A stretch of DNA of 64,000 nt. Origin: Owenia fusiformis. Its lineage: Eukaryota. Made by a program: the position numbers and the translations under genes. Location: contig CAIIXF020000001.1 in the NCBI GenBank assembly GCA_903813345.2, forward strand, positions 43,896,001-43,960,000. Reading direction: 5' to 3'. The notes under the pieces are model-generated. The model made no database searches. It had not been told where the DNA came from and saw only the letters and a program-made list of their open reading frames with translations. This document shows positions 25,861 to 40,300 of the stretch, one piece after another; positions within the stretch are counted from its first letter, which is position 1; each line of letters begins with the position of its first letter.

Positions 25861-25914
25861 ATGATAGTTTGTTTTTATATTGAAATATAAACAAAAATAA
25901 CGCAACTCCCCTAG

Positions 25915-26272
25915 ACCAGAGATCGTGCCTATGTGGACAGTCAATGGAGACAGAAACTCACTTTAAAGTAGAATGTCATATGTTTGAAAATGAACGATTA
26001 AGTCTGTTTGCTTAAATGACTGATATCAATAGTGACTTTTACATGTATACAAGTCTAGGAAAATATTATATAATAATGAATGAAAAAAACTGTTCAAAGG
26101 ACACTTGGAAAATGTATGATAAATATGTTAGTCAAAAGGTGTGAAATAGTTACATGCGATGGTCTCTAATAGGTCGGCATCAACCAGGAATTGTTTTTTT
26201 AATTCATGTATGTATCTTAATATAACACCTTTAGTGTGTTAGATTTTAATTAATAAATTTACTACTACTACT
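25915..26272 (+). mobile_element. Degenerate LINE 3' fragment with AATAAA and (TAC)n tail
   Basis: A CGQSMETETHF..EC..FENER-like zinc-knuckle remnant is followed by AATAAATTTACTACTACTACTA at ~26252-26272. Confidence 0.45.
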
Positions 26273-27622
26273 AGTATAATATTGTTTCCATGTAATATTT
26301 GTTTCATTCTTGATGTGATTTCTCAATATTCTGGCGAAGAAATACATGTATAAGCTCTTTCTTATACAATTTCAAAGTTATGAATCAAAGTTTATTATTT
26401 TCTTTTAACACTCATTATATACAATACCCTTTTTATATTGTGCATACCCGTTGTAAATGTATTTCTAGAAATTATTTCACAAGTTATAACTTCATAAAAG
26501 TCAATTAAAGTAAATTTCGTATTTCATCACTTTGTCATTTAACGTTTTTTATGACTGTATAAGGGTTAAATTATGCAAATTAGCTTATTTTCATATCAAG
26601 ATATTTCTTCCGAATTACTGACGTTATAACATAAATTTTGGTGAAAGAATTAAGTTTGTACCTCATATACTTCCAAAGTTATGAATTAAAGTCCATTTCC
26701 ATTTGACCCCCCTCAAATATCTGGGTAGGTGGACAATTTTTTTTCAGCGTCGTTATGTAAGATACACTTTTAATATTTTGCACATCTGTTATACATATAT
26801 AGATGCATTTTTAGGAATTACTTTATTTGTTAAAACTTCATGAAAGGTCAATTAGAGTAAATGTCGTATTTTATCGCATCGTCATTTAACAGTTTTTATG
26901 ACTGTATAATGGTTAAATTATGCAAATTAGCTTATTTGTGTATCAAACATATTTTTCTGAATTACTGATGTTATTACATAAACTTTGGTGAAAAAATTAA
27001 GTTTGTACCTCATATACTTTTAAAATTATGAATTAAAGTCCATTTTTATTTGACCCCCTTCCCTCAAAAATCTGGATAGGGGGAGAATTTTTTTCACAGT
27101 CTTTATGTAAGATACACTTCTAATATTTTGCACATTTATTATACATATATAGATGCATTTTTAGGAATTATTTCATAAGTTATAACTTTATATGAAGGCA
27201 ATAACAGTAAATGTGATATAACATCATTTCGTCATTTACTAGTTTTTATGGCAGTTTAAGGGTTAAATTATGCAAATTAGCTTTTTTTCATTCAAAATAT
27301 TTTTTTCTTCATTACTGATGTTATTTCATAAATTTTGGTGAAAAAATTAAGTTTGTATGTCATATACTTCCAAAGTTATGAATTAAAGTCTATTTTCTTC
27401 TGACCCCCCTAAAATTATAGGGCGGGGGGTATAAAGATGAAGATATCTTATTTTCGCAAGTCTCAAACTCTAGATATCACCCCACATCATAAAAGTAACT
27501 TATTTTCCAACAAGAACTGAAAAAATCTCGCGTAATACTTTCCAATATCCATTTTCACTTTCTAGCTGTTTCTCAGAACTTGGGTCCCTGAGTATATTCA
27601 CACTGCACTTTTGTGTCGATTT

Positions 27623-28308
27623 CATGGCGTAGAATAATGGAAATAGCGTCATGAATCCCGGGACAATGAATCTCGGATCCAAGTACGTCATTAATGGTCG
27701 AAAATCAAAATATTGACAAATTTATAACCTAAAAGGCCGAAAGATTATGCGGCAAATATTGAAACGGGGGTTGTCAACATTTTGTAGCTTTGATCTCTTA
27801 GAATCCGTTGAATCCTAAGCGATTGGAGTTGTTTAGATCACTTTACGAATTAGCCTATATGAAATGATGAGGATTTGAGTTTTTTCAAAGTTTATAATGG
27901 CGGACGGCCAATGGGAGATTTTAGCAAAATATCCCGAAAATTAAATCATTAAAAGGCCGAAAGATCTGTGGATGAATTTTGCTGTTTTATATATCAAAAT
28001 GAACACTTCGTTGGGCCAAGTTGGGCCTAACAAGGATCCGTTGAATCCTAAGAAAATAAGTGATTTGCTAAAAAGTTATTAAGATTTTAAATTTTGATGA
28101 AGACATAGATCCCGGCCAGATTCTTTTGTAGTAGAATCAGTAGCTCAATAATATTTATATATTATTCTTTGAGCCTATGATCCTACTACAAAACGATCTG
28201 GCCAATATCTGTGGATGAAGACTGCTCTCCATTGAAATCTCTGGACCATGAAATGTCGATTTACGCGCATGCGTTGTGACGTTATTTCCATTATGATTCT
28301 ACGCCATG
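27623..28308. mobile_element. ~690-bp element with ~30-bp inverted ends, directly upstream of TECR
   Basis: CATGGCGTAGAATAATGGAAATAGCGTCA and TGACGTTATTTCCATTATGATTCTACGCCATG are inverted. Internal direct duplications (AAAGGCCGAAAGAT, ATCCGTTGAATCCTAAG). No TSD seen. Confidence 0.55.
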
Positions 28309-28389
28309 TGTGATCGTTATTTAAACAGCGTTAAAAGTACGAACACGCGGAAACTATGATCGTTCGTATAATTACCCTAAATACACAAC

Positions 28390-31300
28390 ATGGAGGTGAG
28401 AGTCCACTATTTTGTATTTTCTACTTATTTACAAATAAGACAGTATATAGCATCGTTAATGCGAATAAACATGTCCATAATACGCCAATATATTTATATC
28501 TCGCTGACTTACTTACCTGCGAGTACAGATTGGATTTACTCGAGTCTGGCTTTGGACCTAAGTAAGATTTGATCATTTCAATTTTCTTCGAGAGCTTTCT
28601 ATGTAGGCCTAGGCAAAAGGGCCTGGACTAAGGCCTAAGGCTCACCCTGTAAATGTCCTACGTAGGGGGACTGAGGGAGAGGCACTTCCTGTTATATTAT
28701 TGATTCATACTCGTAGTCGTATGATGGTCACATATGATAAGGCTTCTTACATAAAGTGGGAGACAATAGCTCAACCATCAAAAGTTGTCACAATGAGCTA
28801 AATTCTAAGTTTCATGTCTCAAACTCTCCCAAGCGGTAGAAAAATAATTCCTGTTCACTTTAAGTAGCGCAATAAATGAATCCAAAGCTTCATACCTGCA
28901 AATGATGGATAAATTCCTACCAAATCGAACAAATGTTTTCATGAATCACTATGTTTGTGATCCAAGAAGGATTGACTCCCAGAATGCAACATCAGTTAAC
29001 CTTATTTACTCGTGACAGGTTTCAAAATGGTGGAACGGCATTTTGAAAGCTGGCATGTGTCATGTTGCATTCTGGGAGCCAATCCTCCTTGCAGTGTAAT
29101 CGGGCTCCAAAATCACCTCAACATTTGAAGAGTCGGCATTAACACACATTAACATGTTAATATCCACTTCAAATTTTTAAGTTCCTATTTGTCATTGTGG
29201 ACACAAATTCCACTATATTTGGACTGGGGAAAATAGAGCACTGAATACACTGATTTTCACTCTTGTGCAAAGATCATAGTACATTACTTCAATCCCGTGA
29301 TTCAAAATGCTTTTCTGCAATTGTTTTGGTTTTAGTTAATATAAGAGAAAAATAATATTCTCGCACTATAAGGTAAATTATAGGTAGGCACTGCTGTGAA
29401 ATACATGTAATGAATGTAAGTGGCATCCATCTAGAAATATGAGCATGCTCAAAGAACAGAATCAAAAATAGAATCTCATGCAGATTGCCCCAAGTGCATA
29501 AACCTTACTCACTTCGAGAGCCATGTTAGATTTTGAAACTTATGGCTCTCAAACGGAGAAGTGAACAGCTCATCAATAGTGACCTTTGAAATCCAATTAA
29601 GATGATCCGCGGCTTACTTTTGGTCTCTAACTGTGTCTTACATCAGTATCATCAATCCGTGTAAGTATTGGAGCGCTGGAGTACTTCTTTTTCGATCAAG
29701 ACTTGTAAATTGTTCATCGAGTGAAAGTTTTTTAGACCTATTTCCAATATGGCGGTTTGTTAGGTGCGAGATACGCAACGAACGAAATGAATTTTGAGAA
29801 TTAGTTAGGTTCGGACAACCTCCGGAGATTTACGAAAATGTCCGAGCAGAAACCGCCATATTGGAATTTGGCAGTAAAACGATTCACTCGACTAACAATT
29901 ACAAGTCTTGATCGAAAAAGAAGTACTCCAGCGCTTCGATACTTACACGGATTGATGATACTGATGTAAGACACAGTTAGAGACCAAATGTAAGCCGCGG
30001 ATCGACTTAATTCGATTTCAAAGGTCACGATCATTGAGCTGTCCAAATGCTCCGTGGGAAAGCTATTATATCAAAATCCAATAGCTTTCGCAGGAAGTAA
30101 CATAAACCTCTGTTTACCTCTTTCAAAGGCTGGCTGATCTGAGGCCTTATTCACAAAGCATCATGATTTTTAGCAATTGCTATTGTTATGCGATAGCGAT
30201 ATGGCAGTATTTACAAAAGCTCTTCAATAAACAGTTAAGTCTGCTACACCCCCAAAATGCAATCTGATTTTCGACACCGTTTCGGTGCCAAATTTCGGTG
30301 CCGTTTCGGCACCAAATGGACTGACTAGTCCGGTAGCAAATTTTGGTGTCGAAAGGTTTCGGTGCCGAAACGGTGTCGAAACGGTGCCGGAATAGCGCCG
30401 AATTTTTTCGATGCCGAAACGGTGCCGAATTATATTGGCTGTGTATAGTGAGGCTTTTCTTATTTATCGATATGCAAAACCCCAAATCGGTAAAAATTGC
30501 TTTGCGATTGTGAAATTGCGATGCTTTTTGAATAAGGCCTCTGATTAGTCAGCCTTTGAAAGAGGTAAACTTTAAAGGTAAAAGTAGAAGTAAGCTTGTA
30601 AATATAGAGTTCTCTTTATATTTATAACTATTCTTATACTTTTACCTTAGAGGCCTATGCTTGAGACTTCCACAAGGAGCTTATGCTGTATGTAATGTTA
30701 CTCAGTTACAGATGTATCTCTATCATGAAATGGTCAAAATGATATGTTTTGTGGGATCTATTACTCTGGTTAGTTGCTGTTTTTCAAGTTTTGAATGTTA
30801 TTCATTTTATATCTTTTGTTAAAGGTGGAACTGTTAAATGGCAAATCTGGTAAAACTGTTGCAGTTTTGAAAAATGTAAGTACATTTACATAAACAATAA
30901 ATTAGCCATTCCTTTAACTCCTTCCTTTTATGGTATCAGATCTGAAAAGAAAGCTTTCAAAAACAAATTGGAATCTGAAAACCATGATATTTCACTCGAG
31001 GATCAGCTGGTTTTCAAAATTATAATAGTACCATGGGTGTGATAAACTGTATTAAAATGGTTGATTTATATTTTGAATTTATTTTCCTTGTCTTGTTTCA
31101 GTTGACACCAGAATCAACAATTTCTGATGTGAAAAAGTTCCTGGCTGTACAAAGTAAGTTTACATTTGTCACACAGACCCAGATTGGTATTTTTCAGCTC
31201 ATAACACATCATGTGAACTATTATTATTTCCTACTTGTCTGTCTCTATATTATTACTATATTATACAATTGTAGCATTTTCATTGTTTTATTGTTTAATT

Positions 31301-34300
31301 TGTAGAGAAGCAATATTACCCAGATAGACAATCCTACAAGATAGACCCCAGTAAGTAATAAAATAATATAAGACTGGCTTTTTGGATACAAACTTTCTCT
31401 TTTGGTTTAATTTTTGCAAGGTATTGGTTTGGCTCATTTTTAAAAAACAAATTAACGATTTTTAACTCACACAAATATTAATAACTACTTATTACATACT
31501 GCAGAACAGAAATATATCAGTAATTCTGTTCACAAATCAAAAAAATGAAGTTTCTAGTGTCAGTCAGAAAATGTAAATATTTCAAATGATCCTAAATATT
31601 TCCAATTCATAACCACATTTTACATAATGATCAGTTTCACTATGGGCTCTCAATTAGTTGAAAGCCCATGGTTTCACCATCTCAATACCTATCGTTTTGA
31701 TTATGTTACCATTTTATCAACATGTTATATTTGCAGAGTCAAAAAGCTTGAAGGATGATCAGACTCTTGGTCAGTTAGGCATCAGCAATGGTGGAAAACT
31801 TTACTTCAAAGACCTGGGTCCCCAGGTTGGTTGGGCAACAGTAAGTACATGTAAATGGTATGCACTGTTCATAAGCTAGATGATGCTGACTACATATGAG
31901 TTTTTATAATACCTAAAACATGAAACAGGAACTATCTTATCTTCAAGCAGATATGAAATGGTATTTTTAACCTAAAGGAATCAATATAATTTTTTGATAG
32001 ATGTATTTGGACATGTTTTCTCATCAGTAGTGTGAAAACTATTTCACTCTAACGATCGTTATAGCTGCTTAATAAGCAATATTCGAATTGGTTGTGACGT
32101 TATTGGCCCCCACGTGATCTCTCACTGACTGGTCCCCACGTGGCCCGTTTTGGTCCCTTAGATCATGACGTCATAATGCCAAAATGTTTTGTTATTTGTT
32201 TACACAACAATCCTATGGTTGCCGTGACGTTGTGATTACTATGGAACCAATAAACCAAAGCTATATTTTGTATATGACGTTACTAATCACGTGGGGGCCA
32301 ATTTGATTTATCAGTTAGTTTTATTTCGTTATCTATGACCGTTAGCAGTTATCTAACATTTATTTTATAATGGCTATCGCAAGAAATCTACGGTGGGCTT
32401 ACAATGGAGAAAACCGAATTTTTGTAGCTGCAAGTTGAGAAAAGCTATTTCAGTTGTCCATTCAGCTTGATTTTTCAGTTTAGAAATATTTAAACAACCA
32501 GTGCATATTTCTGCCTCTTTAAAAACCTAGTAAACAGATTTCCCATTTAAAGTCGAGAATTGTTGCTTAGATTAGTATCAGCATTTTAAAATCATCTAAC
32601 TATCTTACAGTAAATCAGAAAATGCCTGACTTCGCTGACACTACTACTATGTACAAGCCCAAATACTCATGGAACCTTTTATTTATCAAAAATTTAATCT
32701 TTTAACCTTTTAGTGAACTACTAGATATTAGTATGATCTTCAGTTTGGCAATGTTTTCTTTCAACATTTATTTATGATTAAAGTTTATATATCTCAACAT
32801 GCTTTCAATAGCAGACAGTATATAATACTAGGTTAATGCTAGATCATGTGTACATCTTTTCACCAAATACTTCTAAAATTAGACAAATTAATTTCTGATA
32901 ATTACATATTTACAGTTTAGTTCTGATACCATGAAAAAATTCAACACCAACATACCAAGCTAAAATTAGCACTGCTCCTGACACAGTTCATGATTTGATT
33001 GACAGTTCTGTTTTTGGACTTTCCATATTTGGGTGAAATTGATAACCTGTGTTAAAACTTCAAGGTCAAGCTGATCTGGTCACTCTCTAAGACAATTCAA
33101 AAACAGATTTTTGACTGAAATTGATCAATTTTATTGTTACATATCTCAATTAAAATTTATTTTTTGGATAAATGACATTTCAAACCATTCTTGGTTATCT
33201 GATATCAGTCATCTGAGATGTTTTAACCAAGGTTCATTTTCATTTGAAAGGAGGTTTTTGCAGTGTTTTCTGTGACTATTTTGTCCATGAATTTTGCAAT
33301 CTTCACAAGTTGAGGGTTTCATTTGAAGGGATTGATAAAACAGGCAGGGGACTGTTTTGATTAAGTATTTCAAATGAAAATGCATTCATATTTTGATGAA
33401 ACTATGTAAAAGGGTCGTTTTAATTTGTGCACTTATACAGTACAATACTGTAAGTTTTTTATCAACCTCAAGATCCTCAGGGTTAGAAAAGTCCATAGAA
33501 CACGCCTGACCATCGACAAGGTACAGTCACGTGACATTGACAAAATATACCGTAGTACACTTTTGATGTACTATGTCATTTCCGCCATTTTAGATCGCCA
33601 TTTTCTAGAATGAGGAAGCGATGAAAGAACTAGCATTGATTTGATCAATATTGTGTCAGTTCATCATCAGGTAGTTGTTGCATTCGATTTGTAATTAAGT
33701 TGCAAATATGCATATCTACTTTAAATGATCCTCAGCAACTTCAATATCTTGTTATAGATCTACCCAGCACGTCGGGGATCTCTAAATCTTGACTGAATTT
33801 CTCAAAATTCTCTCTAATTTTTGTTTTGCTATGCAAATAACAGCCAAACTACGACTAACACAACTGAAGATAAGTATACAAATATACATTCAGAGTTAAT
33901 GCAAAACCGCTTTTTACTTTGGATGCTACTACGAAAAATAGATAATGTATGTTGTCAACTCGAATGTATGTTGTCACATTGGCCTTACAGATCTCAATTC
34001 ACAGTTAATTTTACAGTGAATGAAATGCTATAATGTACGTGTAATAGAAGGAACATATTTGATAATAAAGTAATAATATTTAATAGGCATATCAGATATA
34101 TTTACCCTAATATTTTTTCCGTTAATCCATAAAATTGTCATTGATATGATTAAATGTCATTGTTACTAATTCTTTTTTTGTGTTCCATACCTGGCTTTTG
34201 AACTTCTGCACTTTCCAGATATACAGTGTCCCAAAGTATGCCCCCCTCCCTAGGCAGACATATACCAATGTCTCCATAGTATGTGTCATATATCATTTTT

Positions 34301-37300
34301 AAGCTTATCCAAAGTTACATTGATTTGCCAAATATGATGGTTCAAATGGTAAAAAGTAACAGGCATTTCAAAAATTAGCGTTTTGTCAAAAAGATTCATT
34401 TCAGTATCCTGGAAACAGCCCTGACCCTGTGACAGAAAATATGGATGCCATTCTCGAAGATAGGATGGCTATTGAGTTCTAAAAAGATGACGTTTAGGGT
34501 AGATACTCCAAGGAAACTCTTCTTATGCCTTAAAAAGGTTTCATGAGGATTAGAAAACGCCATATCCCTATCTGAAGCCTGTTTAAGGTCATATATGGAA
34601 AGTATTGCTGCTGTTAACATGGCGGCTAAGGAGACACACCGACTATTGTTTTGGTGTAAAACTGACTTTAATTTTGGCCAAACACTAACTTTTGTATTCC
34701 TGTAACTTTTTCCATTTGTGAGTTGAACCATGATACTCGGCAAATTAATATAACTTTGGATGAGCTTTAAAATGATATATGACGCATACTATGGAGACAT
34801 TGGTATATGTCTGCCTAGGGGGCCCATACTTTCAGGACACCCTACAGCATAAATTTTGAAAGTCATCTTGCTAGTATAGATATCTCCATGAACTCCTTGA
34901 GATTATTAAAATTCATAAAAGTGCAACTAAACATAACGTAACGTACCGACGCCGAGTGGCCAAAAAGGTCGGAAGATATCACGCCATGGTCACATATTAA
35001 TCACCATATTAACACTTTCATAAAATAAAATAGCATTCAACGAAAAAATCACGTTTACCTGTTTATCTGTACTAGGGATACAGGAGCATGTTCGTTGAAC
35101 ATCACTTGTTACGCATAAAACCCTTAATGCATTTTGAAATTAAATCATTGCAATGTTTAATATTATAACTCATGAATTTCAATTACAGGGACAACATACA
35201 CTGTGAGTTGACAACGTACATTTCTGATTTTTTAAATTATACCAAATGCATGAATATTTATTAAATCTTAACCCGTCTTAAATTGTGCAGTTTAGAGAAA
35301 CACATTCTCATTAAAATATTCGACACTCCGAGACGTCAGGGGAGACAATTATCAAAGGAAATGTGTAAAAAACAACATTTTCCAACCGAACAATTGTATG
35401 GGTAGACGTACAACGAAAAAAATCGAGCACTGCTCGAAGATCTTTTAACGTAATTAGAAAAATAAATGTCTTTGAAATCGAATACACGCGAAATCAAACA
35501 GGAAATCCTTTTTGTATTCCTCAAATTTATTTTTGAAAACCTGCATCAAACCTACATCATAGTCTTTGCTTAAAATCAGTTAATAGTGACATTGTACATC
35601 AAAAGTGTACTACGGCATATTTTGTCACGGTCATGTGACTGTACCTTGTCGATGGTTAGGCGTGATAGAAATAAGGAACTAATTGAATGATTTATGGCCT
35701 CTCGTCTCTTTCAGGTTTTCCTTACTGAATATGCTGGTCCACTGGTGATCTACTTGTTCTTCTATATAAGACCAGCTATCATCTACGGTGACCTTGTAGA
35801 TACACATAGACACCCAGTAACAAAGTAAGCAATTAATTTTCACAAAAATATTAGGTACAAAAATTCAGACATTTATTCTTATGTAGAAGATGTCATTTTT
35901 GGCTCTCACAGAGAGCCTATGGGATTGACCAGGCATCCGTCCGTCCATCTGTCAACATTGGCCGCACAAATTAAAACTGCTATTTGGATTGAGTCATATC
36001 CACATTCATTTTTTGCATATCCATAATGCCTATTTGACCTATCATCGCCATTTCCCAAGTTCCCCCAGTTTCTGAGAAATTGCTGATTTTGACGTCAAAA
36101 AGTCAAATTTTCTGTAAATACTAGACACTTTGTTGAATTAGAACTTTCAAATAACTTGTAGTAGTTGCTGTATATGCAATTTATGTTCTCTGAAGATTTC
36201 AAAGCTCTTGATATTACAGTTTTTGGTGTTTACTCTATAAAATTTGACAAAAAGTAGGTCATTTTCAGGGAACTTTCTCATGTATAAAGTCAATCATCAT
36301 TGGCTGCACAAAACACTGTGTGAGCACAGGACCGTGGGTCCTTTTAAATCTTCTCCCCAGATTTTTCTCAACTATGGGAATGAAACTAATTCTTATAAAT
36401 GTCCATTATGGTCAGAGTTCCCTCTTTCATGATTTTCAAATTCTAAACTGGTTAAAAATTAATTTTTAACAAGATGCAATGTTATTTTTCAATTTTGTGC
36501 AACTGAGTGCAGGTACCTAAGCTTAGAGGAAATGTAGACTTTTTGGTGAGTTTGAAGTCATGTCTGCACTTCACAGATCAAAATCAACTTCTGTAGTAAT
36601 CTCACTGACTTTTTATTGTTTCTCAAAACATATTCTCTCAAAGTCAGGAAATAAGGGTGATGAGCAGGGAGGTTTTGTAGTGAATTTCAGTCACAAAAAC
36701 ATAACAAGTGACAACTTACACTTCCTCTAAGTTTAGTTGTTTCAGTGCTGGGTGATCACTAGATCTACTTGATCAGAGGAAATAGGACTGGTATGAAATG
36801 GAATTGGAATGTAACAGTTTTGGAACTCACCTTTGGATTTGGAACTTTCAAAATTGACTCACTATATTTTATTTGCTTATTTTTTGTTAACACGTGTGAA
36901 ATCAATTCTGAATCATTTATTTAGAATATTTATTACATGTGGCAATTTGGGAAGTATTCTTCAAAGAAAATGTTAGATTCTAAAAATATGGGAAGCAGTT
37001 CTGAAAGTTTATTTATGAAGGTACAATTCCAAGGATTGGACAGTAGTTCCTTTCCAGCACTCAAAGGAAGCCATTACAAAATATAGCCTAATAAAAAGGC
37101 AGCAAGGGGTGATCATGTTTTGAGAATGTTGCACATGTTCTTTCAGGATAGCATGTGCATGTTGGACCTTCCATTATGCCAAGCGATTGTTTGAGACTGT
37201 GTTCATCCATAGGTTCTCCCATGCTACAATGCCAATTTTTAACATTTTCAAGGTAAGTCTTGTTTTTTGTTGTTTGATTGTTTCAATGCTATTGTGCTTT

Positions 37301-40300
37301 AATGAAGTTGCCATATCAACATGTATCCCATTGTTTCCCAATGAAGAAGTTGCATTTCCCTTTAAAGATTCTGTTGACTATAGATTATCAGTTTGATAAA
37401 TTAGATAGTCATGTGTTACTCGCCAGTAATTAGCTTAAATATGTCAGTTTGTATAAATATTACAAAAGTGTGTTAACCCTAAGCAGACCTTAAAGGTTGT
37501 ATATAAGTATTAAAGTGATTTTCACTCCTATTCAAAGCTTTAATATAGCATGTTGCTGTGTATATATAACACTCATTTTTACTTACGCATTTAGAGTGGA
37601 TATTCATCTTTCCTAATTCCTAACAACGGCCAAATACTTTCACTCACGTTATTCGAGCACTTTCACATATGATTCGATAGTGAAAGCGTATTAATTGGAT
37701 TTAATTGATGGAAATGAATCTAATTGATGATATTCTTCAAAAAACTTGTTTTTATTGTTTTCGTAGCCCTTATTGAAAGTTACATACATCCTATAATTGC
37801 TTTAAATTTTGCAATTTTAATTCCAGAATTCTGTTTATTATTGGGGATTCGCTGCTTTTGTTGCCTACTTCACCAACCATCCTCTATATACCCCTCCAGG
37901 TAAGAAAAGACACCTCTTCTACCTAGTTTAGACTTCTTTTTTGCTTGCTCAAAAAATGATGATTTACACAGATTTAAATCTTGTCTTGTTTTGTCGAGTT
38001 GTTTTCGGCTAAGATAATCAGTCGAAGATAATCATCAGAATCTGATATAGACACTGATCCTCTTGGTATAGAACCACATGGCCATAAACAGCAGGATTTG
38101 TTTTCGAAAATGATCAGACAGAGAATCTCAAAGGGTCTCATATCACTATTTTTAAAGCCATCAGTGTTAGGGATAACTAAATTGAAGATGACACGAACAT
38201 GAAACACAGAATTCACATGGCTTCACCTTGACTAATCAAACAATTTGGGCTACCCAAATTGCATTATGAAATGAATATATGCAACTTATGAAAGCATTGA
38301 ATTATTCGAATGCTGTTTTTTATTTAAGTAGCTGTATTTTTATCGATTGTATTGTCAGTATTCTGATTGGTTAAGGCAAGATCATGGGATTATCTCTTAC
38401 TTAAAGAGTGGAGATAGAGATGGAAAGGGTAGGTATACTCATGCCTTGTTTTTTCAAAAGAGGTTAATATACTAAACACTTTATTTGTACATAAAGTACA
38501 GTATATTATGTTATTAGTTCATAGGGGTCTTTAGATGTCTATCTGACATCTCATTCAACAAATTAAACACTTTGAAAACACTTTGAACACTTTGAAATCA
38601 TGTCCTTATTATCCCACCGAACAAAGTATGTGAGGGATATAGGAAAGCCGTTCATCCGTCTGTTCGTCCGTTAGTTCGTTTGTCTGTCCGGGCGATAACT
38701 CAAATACTGGTTGACAGTTTTGATTCAAATTATATGGGTGTAGAATCTCTGCTTGAGAAGGAATTTTCAATATGGCTGCTCAATTCAAAATGGTCGCCAT
38801 TTTTTATAAAAAATGTAATCTTTAATTACTCAAATTCTAGTGTATGGATTTCATTCAGATTTTATATGCTAATGCTCTGGGACAAATGAGCTCTGCTCAA
38901 GAAGAGATTTTCCAGATGGCGCTAAATTTTAAAATGGCCACCTTTTTTGTAACTGAAACACCAGTAAATGGATTTGACAAATTCTATTTGCTGATTCCTA
39001 AGGACAAAATAGATCTGTTTAAGAAAGAATTTTCAAGATGGCGGCTAAATTTCAAAATGGTCACTAGTACTACACCATTTTTCGTAAAAGAACATAATCT
39101 TTGATAACTCAAATGCCAGTTGCCGGATTTGGTTCAAATTTTATATGTTGATGCCAAGGAACAAAGAAGATCTGCTAAAGAAGACATTTTCAAGATGGCC
39201 TCTGATTTTCAAAATGACCGCCATTTTTCATAAAAAAAATTAATCTTTGATAACTCAAATACCAGTGGACTCAAATTTTGGTTCAAATTTTATATGTTGA
39301 TGCCCAGGGACAAACGAGCTCTGCTCAAGAAGGAAATGGCTGTTGAATTTTAAAATGGCTGCCATTTTTTGTTAAAAAACCTTATCTTTGATAACTCAAA
39401 TATCAGAGCATGGATACCATTCAAGTTATATATGCTGATGCCTAGGGACAAAGGAAATCTTGCTGAGGGGAATTTTCAAGATGAAAGCTGAAATTCAAAA
39501 CGGCTGCCATTTTTCATGAAAAATGTTATCTTTAAATTATTGACAAATCAAATACCAGTGGATGGGTTTGGTTCAAATTTTATGTGCTGATGCTTAGATA
39601 TAAAGGTGGTCTGGTCAAGAAGTCATTTTCAAGATGACCACTATTTATCAAAATGGCTGCCATTTGTTGTTAAAAATGTGATAATACCAGTTGAAAGATT
39701 TGGTTCAAATTTTATATGCTTATTTTTTTATTTTATTTTATTTTATTTTTTTATTATTTTTTTCAAAATCAAAACATATTTACATATACATTTAATCAAG
39801 AATACAAAAGTTAAGTAAGGTGTGATAATATAAAATATAAGGCTACAGTAAGTATATAAACCTGCAGTAATCTCACATCTATAAGATGTAAAAAAGAATA
39901 AAATAAACCTATAAAGATGTGAAAAAGAAACACAGCAAGTACATGTCTGTAAAGATGAAAAAAGTATATCTACATATACTAATACTATATATATGTTAAA
40001 TCTATACTATGATCTACATCTACTCTGTTATTAAAACAAGTTCAAAATTATTAATACAGTCCTCTAAAAGGTGCAGCACTTCATTATTTTTCTTCTTCAT
40101 ATGTCTCATATTTTCAACATACTTGGATAAATATAGAAAGGCTTGATTGTTAAAATTTACATCCTTAAGTCCTTCATAATCCTCTGAGTGTTTACTCCAA
40201 TTTACATAAATGCTATAGCTGACCACAGTTGTGACAATATTTCTACATCCTTGAATATTTCCTTCATTCATATAAAACCCTAATATTATATTTTTCCATT

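Larger units (their letters stand above)
22841..27594. mobile_element. 4.75-kb Academ-like DNA transposon derivative with very long inverted arms built from ~348-bp tandem repeats
   Basis: TAT|TACTTAGGGACCCA ... TGGGTCCCTGAGTA|TAT (YR termini, 3-bp TSD). Repeat marker CTTTAATTCATAACTTTGGAAG at ~23038, 23387, 23733, 24078 and 24418, and inverted at ~26670, 27017 and 27367. Degenerate Cys-rich coding remnant in the centre. Confidence 0.7.
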
